DNA of 64,000 nucleotides from Spirochaetia bacterium (GTDB lineage: Bacteria > Spirochaetota > Spirochaetia > CADAEX01): positions 50,875 through 114,874 of the forward strand of contig JAZURI010000007.1 in NCBI GenBank assembly GCA_045606105.1. The letters are read 5' to 3'. The stretch's first letter is position 1; every line of letters starts with the position of its first letter. This document shows positions 60,661 through 64,000 of the stretch, one piece after another. Position numbers and translations under genes: made by a program. The notes beneath the pieces are model-generated. The model searched no databases and was not told the DNA's origin. It saw only the letters and a list, made by a program, of their open reading frames with translations.

Positions 60661-60759
60661 GTTAGAGGTGAACGATTTTCCGGTGGTCTTTTCGGCAGTT
60701 ATGTTGCAAAAGGAACTATGGATAAATGGCTGGCAAAACTTCAAGAACTAGATGTTTAA
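60661..60759 (+). pseudogene. 3' remnant of a small protein gene (DUF6508-like)
   Basis: VRGERFSGGLFGSYVAKGTMDKWLAKLQELDV* directly after an in-frame stop, no start before the conserved-looking part. Confidence 0.45.
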
Positions 60760-60794
60760 ATTAATAGTATTAATATAGGAGAGAATGCAAAAAT

Positions 60795-61508
60795 ATGAAG
60801 ATTATAGGAAAAGGTAATAAAGAAATTTGCACATTAGATGATTATAAAAAATATGCACCACCCCAAAAAGAATGTCATTGGGCTGATGAACAAAGTGCTA
60901 AAGAGTTCGCCAGAAAAGTCGTATCAGGAACACTTGATAATGAATTAAAAGTTTTATTTCCTGGAATCGATGTTGTTTTAGCTTATCCTGAAAAGGAAAC
61001 TTATTTTGATCAATTCAGCCGTCCCAGATATCATGATTTAGCTTGTATTGCTGAATTAAATAATGAAAAAATTGCACTCTGTTTTGAAGCAAAAGCAACT
61101 GAAGACTTTGGTTCAACAACTGTAAAGAAAGAACTGGACGAAGCTAATAATAAAATAAAAAAGGGTGAAAACTCTAATATACCTCAAAGAATAAATGGTT
61201 TAGTTGATAAATTATGGAATAAACCTATTGATAAAAATATTGAAAATTTACGATACCAGCTTTTACATGCAACTGTAGGAACAAGTTCATTTGCAAAAGA
61301 AAATAACATCAATAAGGCTATATTCATTGTTTATCAATTAGAAACAGCAAAGACATCATCAGAAATATGTGACGACCATTTTGAGGCTTTAAAAGACTTT
61401 GTTAATCAATTCGGTAAAACAATAGAAAAAAATGTTCCTTGTTATATTAAACAAATTGATAATGTTGATTTAAGTATCCTGTTTCTACAACGGAAAAAGG
61501 AAGTTTAA
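60795..61508 (+). CDS. Putative PD-(D/E)xK-fold nuclease (DUF6946-like)
   Basis: W...SAKE, PE...HDL...FEAK..EDFG, LRYQLL; AT-rich codon usage; AGGAG SD. Confidence 0.7.
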   Translation: MKIIGKGNKEICTLDDYKKYAPPQKECHWADEQSAKEFARKVVSGTLDNELKVLFPGIDVVLAYPEKETYFDQFSRPRYHDLACIAELNNEKIALCFEAKATEDFGSTTVKKELDEANNKIKKGENSNIPQRINGLVDKLWNKPIDKNIENLRYQLLHATVGTSSFAKENNINKAIFIVYQLETAKTSSEICDDHFEALKDFVNQFGKTIEKNVPCYIKQIDNVDLSILFLQRKKEV

Positions 61509-61511
61509 AGA

Positions 61512-61599
61512 ATTGTCAACCGTGGACAGGAATCCCACGATCAGCCGTGCTGAACCAGCACCTGGCAGCCCCCGTATAATTTCTGCTCGTGTTGACAAT
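61512..61599 (-). ncRNA. Candidate multi-stem RNA with its own promoter
   Basis: 9-bp terminal inverted repeat ATTGTCAAC/GTTGACAAT enclosing CGTGG/CCACG and GTGCTG/CAGCAC hairpins; minus-strand TTGACT-18-TATAGT at 61629-61600. Confidence 0.5.
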
Positions 61600-61717
61600 A
61601 CTATAGTCAATCAAAACAAAAAAAGTCAAGACAATTTTTGAATTAGTCAAGGACGCACGGACCTGCTCCATATTCGGACCTGGTTCGGAACCCGCTGGTC
61701 AAGGACAGCCTGACGCA

Positions 61718-61918
61718 GTGATTATATATCCAAAGCAGGGGCAAAAAATAACACCCGAACAATGGTCACTTCCGGCTGGGCCCAATTCCCAGCCATATAC
61801 CACTGACGGGTGTATTATGGGTAATCCCCATGATTACACAATAGCAACAGATGAAGAAAATGTCAAATCAGTTTTGGCTTTACTTTGGTTAAATCAAGAA
61901 ATAAAACTATCACTGTAG
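61718..61918 (+). other. Probable gene fragment or hypothetical ORF
   Basis: Frame open from 61607, no SD-supported start; Pro/Gly-rich. Confidence 0.3.
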
Positions 61919-61977
61919 TGATACTGTATAAGACAGCAATTTATGATATGATAGCTGTAAAAAACAGGGGATAAATC

Positions 61978-62280
61978 ATGGTTAAACATATAATTTTGTG
62001 GACATTGAAGGAAATGCCTGAGGATGAAAAGGCTTTGGTAAAGGCCGGTATCAAGGAGGGACTTGAGTCCCTGTCCGGTAAGATTCCGGGAATGACCGAT
62101 ATCAAGGTGATTGCCGACGGTCGTCTGGAAAGCTCCACCGCAGACCTGATGCTGGACAGCAGCTTTGAATCCTTTGATGCATTGAAAGGGTATGCATCCC
62201 ATCCCGAACACATCAGGGTGGCAGATGAGAAAGTTCGTCCGTTTACCTCATCCCGTGCCTGCCTGGATTACGAAGTGTGA
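61978..62280 (+). CDS. Dabb-family (stress-responsive A/B barrel) protein
   Basis: MVKHIILW, L...IPG, Y..HPEH, DYE. Confidence 0.92.
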   Translation: MVKHIILWTLKEMPEDEKALVKAGIKEGLESLSGKIPGMTDIKVIADGRLESSTADLMLDSSFESFDALKGYASHPEHIRVADEKVRPFTSSRACLDYEV

Positions 62281-62298
62281 AATCAGACTTAAGCTGAA

Positions 62299-62973
62299 AT
62301 GGATTTTTCTTATATTCTGAAAAGTGCAAAATATGATGAGACTCTTCTGCTGAAATACGGTTTCAAGAAATCGGAAGCTTCGGATCCTTATTCCTTGACA
62401 AAAACATTTTCCGTAGCCGGCAACGATTTTTATGTAATCTTTGAAATTTCAGAAAGCAGTTTTTCAGGAAGGATTATTGAACAGGAATCAGATGATATCT
62501 ATGCCTTGGCTGAGGTTCCGTCTGCAGTCGGAAGCTTTGTGACAGAGGTTCGCAGGCAGGTTCAGGATTTTGCAGAGGATATCAGGGATACATGTTTTGT
62601 TTCCACCGACATGAAGAAAAAATTTACGGAATTTGTCAGTAAGCATTTCGGCGTTCCGGGAGACAATCCCTTCAGAGAGGAGGCCCCTGATACAATGGTT
62701 TTCAGAACTCCTGAAAAATCCTGGTTTGCCTTGGTCATGACCATCAGCTTCAGGAATCTGGGATTCCGTAGTGATGCACCGGTTTCTGTGGTGAACCTGA
62801 AGCACCGCCCGGAGCATATTCCTGAAATAGTAGACAACCACCGCATATTCAACGCTTATCACATGAACAAAAAGCACTGGATAACAGTAATCCTGAGCGA
62901 TAATATGGATTTTGATCTTCTCCGTGAGCTGACCGAGGAAAGCTACAGGCTGGTGACAGGGAAACGGGGATAA
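62299..62973 (+). CDS. MmcQ/YjbR-family protein
   Basis: WFAL.M, VNLK, AYHMNKKHWI, SYRLV. Confidence 0.9.
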   Translation: MDFSYILKSAKYDETLLLKYGFKKSEASDPYSLTKTFSVAGNDFYVIFEISESSFSGRIIEQESDDIYALAEVPSAVGSFVTEVRRQVQDFAEDIRDTCFVSTDMKKKFTEFVSKHFGVPGDNPFREEAPDTMVFRTPEKSWFALVMTISFRNLGFRSDAPVSVVNLKHRPEHIPEIVDNHRIFNAYHMNKKHWITVILSDNMDFDLLRELTEESYRLVTGKRG

Positions 62974-63043
62974 ACGGTTAAGTTTGTTTGTTAATTGTAA
63001 ATAAATATGATATAATTATATAAAACAGTTTAAGGAAATATTC

Positions 63044-64000
63044 ATGGCCAAATCAAAAAAAACAGTCAGCTTTGAAGATGCCCTTTGGGGCGCTTGCGAT
63101 AAACTTCGCGGAACAGTTGAACCTGCAGAATATAAACACATTGTGCTTAGTCTTATCTTCTTAAAATTCGTAAATGATAAATTTGATGCCCGTCGTCAGG
63201 AACTCAAGGACGAAGGCAAAGAAAAATACATAGATATTCAATCTTTCTATACAATGAAAAATGTTTTCTTTGTGCCAGAAGAAAGCCGCTGGTCATTCAT
63301 TATGCAGAATGCAAAACAGAATGATATTGCCCTAAAAATTGATACAGCTCTAAACACTATCGAAAAACAAAATCCTTCTCTTAAAGGTGCTCTTCCAGAC
63401 AACTACTATTCCCGCCTTGGAATTGATGTGTCAAAGCTTGCTGCTCTTCTTGATGAAATCAACAACATTCAGACAAATGCAGATAAAGAAAACGACATAA
63501 TGGGGCGCGTGTACGAATACTTTCTTACAAAGTTTGCCCTCCAGGAAGGTAAAGGAAAGGGAGAATTTTATACTCCAAAATCTGTAGTAAATCTGATTGC
63601 AGAAATAATTGAACCATACAAGGGAAAAATCTATGACCCTTGCTGCGGTTCTGGCGGTATGTTTGTTCAGTCTCTTAAGTTTGTAGAAAATCATGCAGGA
63701 AACTCAAAAGATATTTCGGTTTACGGACAGGAAGGAACAACTACAACCTATAAACTTGCAAAGATGAATCTTGCAATTCGCGGCATTCCCTGTGACCTGG
63801 GAGAAAAAGCTGCCAATACTTTTACAAACGACCTTCATAAAGATTTGCGCGCTGATTACATTATGGCAAATCCACCTTTTAATCAGAAAGACTGGCGTGC
63901 AGAAAATGAACTTGTAAACGATGCCCGTTGGAACGGCTATACAGTTCCTCCAACAAGCAACGCAAACTACGGCTGGATTCTGCACATGGTTTCAAAACTC
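63044..64000 (+). CDS. hsdM: Type I restriction-modification methyltransferase subunit, 3'-truncated by window edge
   Basis: LWGACDKLRG, YKHIVL.LIFLKF, GEFYTP, YDPCCGSGGMF, ANPPFN (read directly; absent from ORF track). Confidence 0.95.
   Translation, partial: MAKSKKTVSFEDALWGACDKLRGTVEPAEYKHIVLSLIFLKFVNDKFDARRQELKDEGKEKYIDIQSFYTMKNVFFVPEESRWSFIMQNAKQNDIALKIDTALNTIEKQNPSLKGALPDNYYSRLGIDVSKLAALLDEINNIQTNADKENDIMGRVYEYFLTKFALQEGKGKGEFYTPKSVVNLIAEIIEPYKGKIYDPCCGSGGMFVQSLKFVENHAGNSKDISVYGQEGTTTTYKLAKMNLAIRGIPCDLGEKAANTFTNDLHKDLRADYIMANPPFNQKDWRAENELVNDARWNGYTVPPTSNANYGWILHMVSKL

Noticed and set aside
60654-60670. CACCTAA-GTTAGAG as a possible integron attC/attI core
   Set aside because: No RYYYAAC...GTTRRRY pair with proper spacing, single occurrence, no integrase
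61512-61599. Resemblance to a hammerhead ribozyme or IscB omega-RNA start (GTCAAC...GTTGAC)
   Set aside because: Has CTGATCG rather than CUGANGA with a correctly placed GAAA; too short and no IscB/TnpB gene nearby

Overview
Core-genome window of a bacterium that looks like a spirochaete (inferred from the EF-Tu [11 protein letters not shown] motif, rpsG-tuf without fusA, secY-rpmJ adjacency and rny-ymdB-tlyA order), using the standard genetic code. 1-5.2 kb: end of a TRAP transporter, a Zn alcohol dehydrogenase and an orphan histidine kinase. 5.3-32.4 kb: a contiguous tRNA-rpmG-secE-nusG-rplKAJL-rpoBC-rpsLG-tuf-S10-spc-alpha supercluster. 32.5-60.5 kb: housekeeping genes (rny, mltG, dnaG, rpoD, RNase P RNA, class III ribonucleotide reductase operon, pncB, recQ, queH, nfo) and more tRNAs. 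After tRNA-fMet (60.5-64 kb): a mosaic, partly AT-rich accessory region with a PD-(D/E)xK-like nuclease, gene fragments, two promoter-bearing structured RNA candidates and the start of a type I R-M methylase. Most notable: (1) a split anaerobic RNR whose glycyl-radical loop is on a separate small gene fused to a CPNC redoxin; (2) a nuclease gene bracketed by two inward-facing structured RNA candidates; (3) a six-hairpin spacer where fusA normally lies; (4) C55 instead of U55 in two tRNAs. All family calls come from motif recognition by eye, not database searches.
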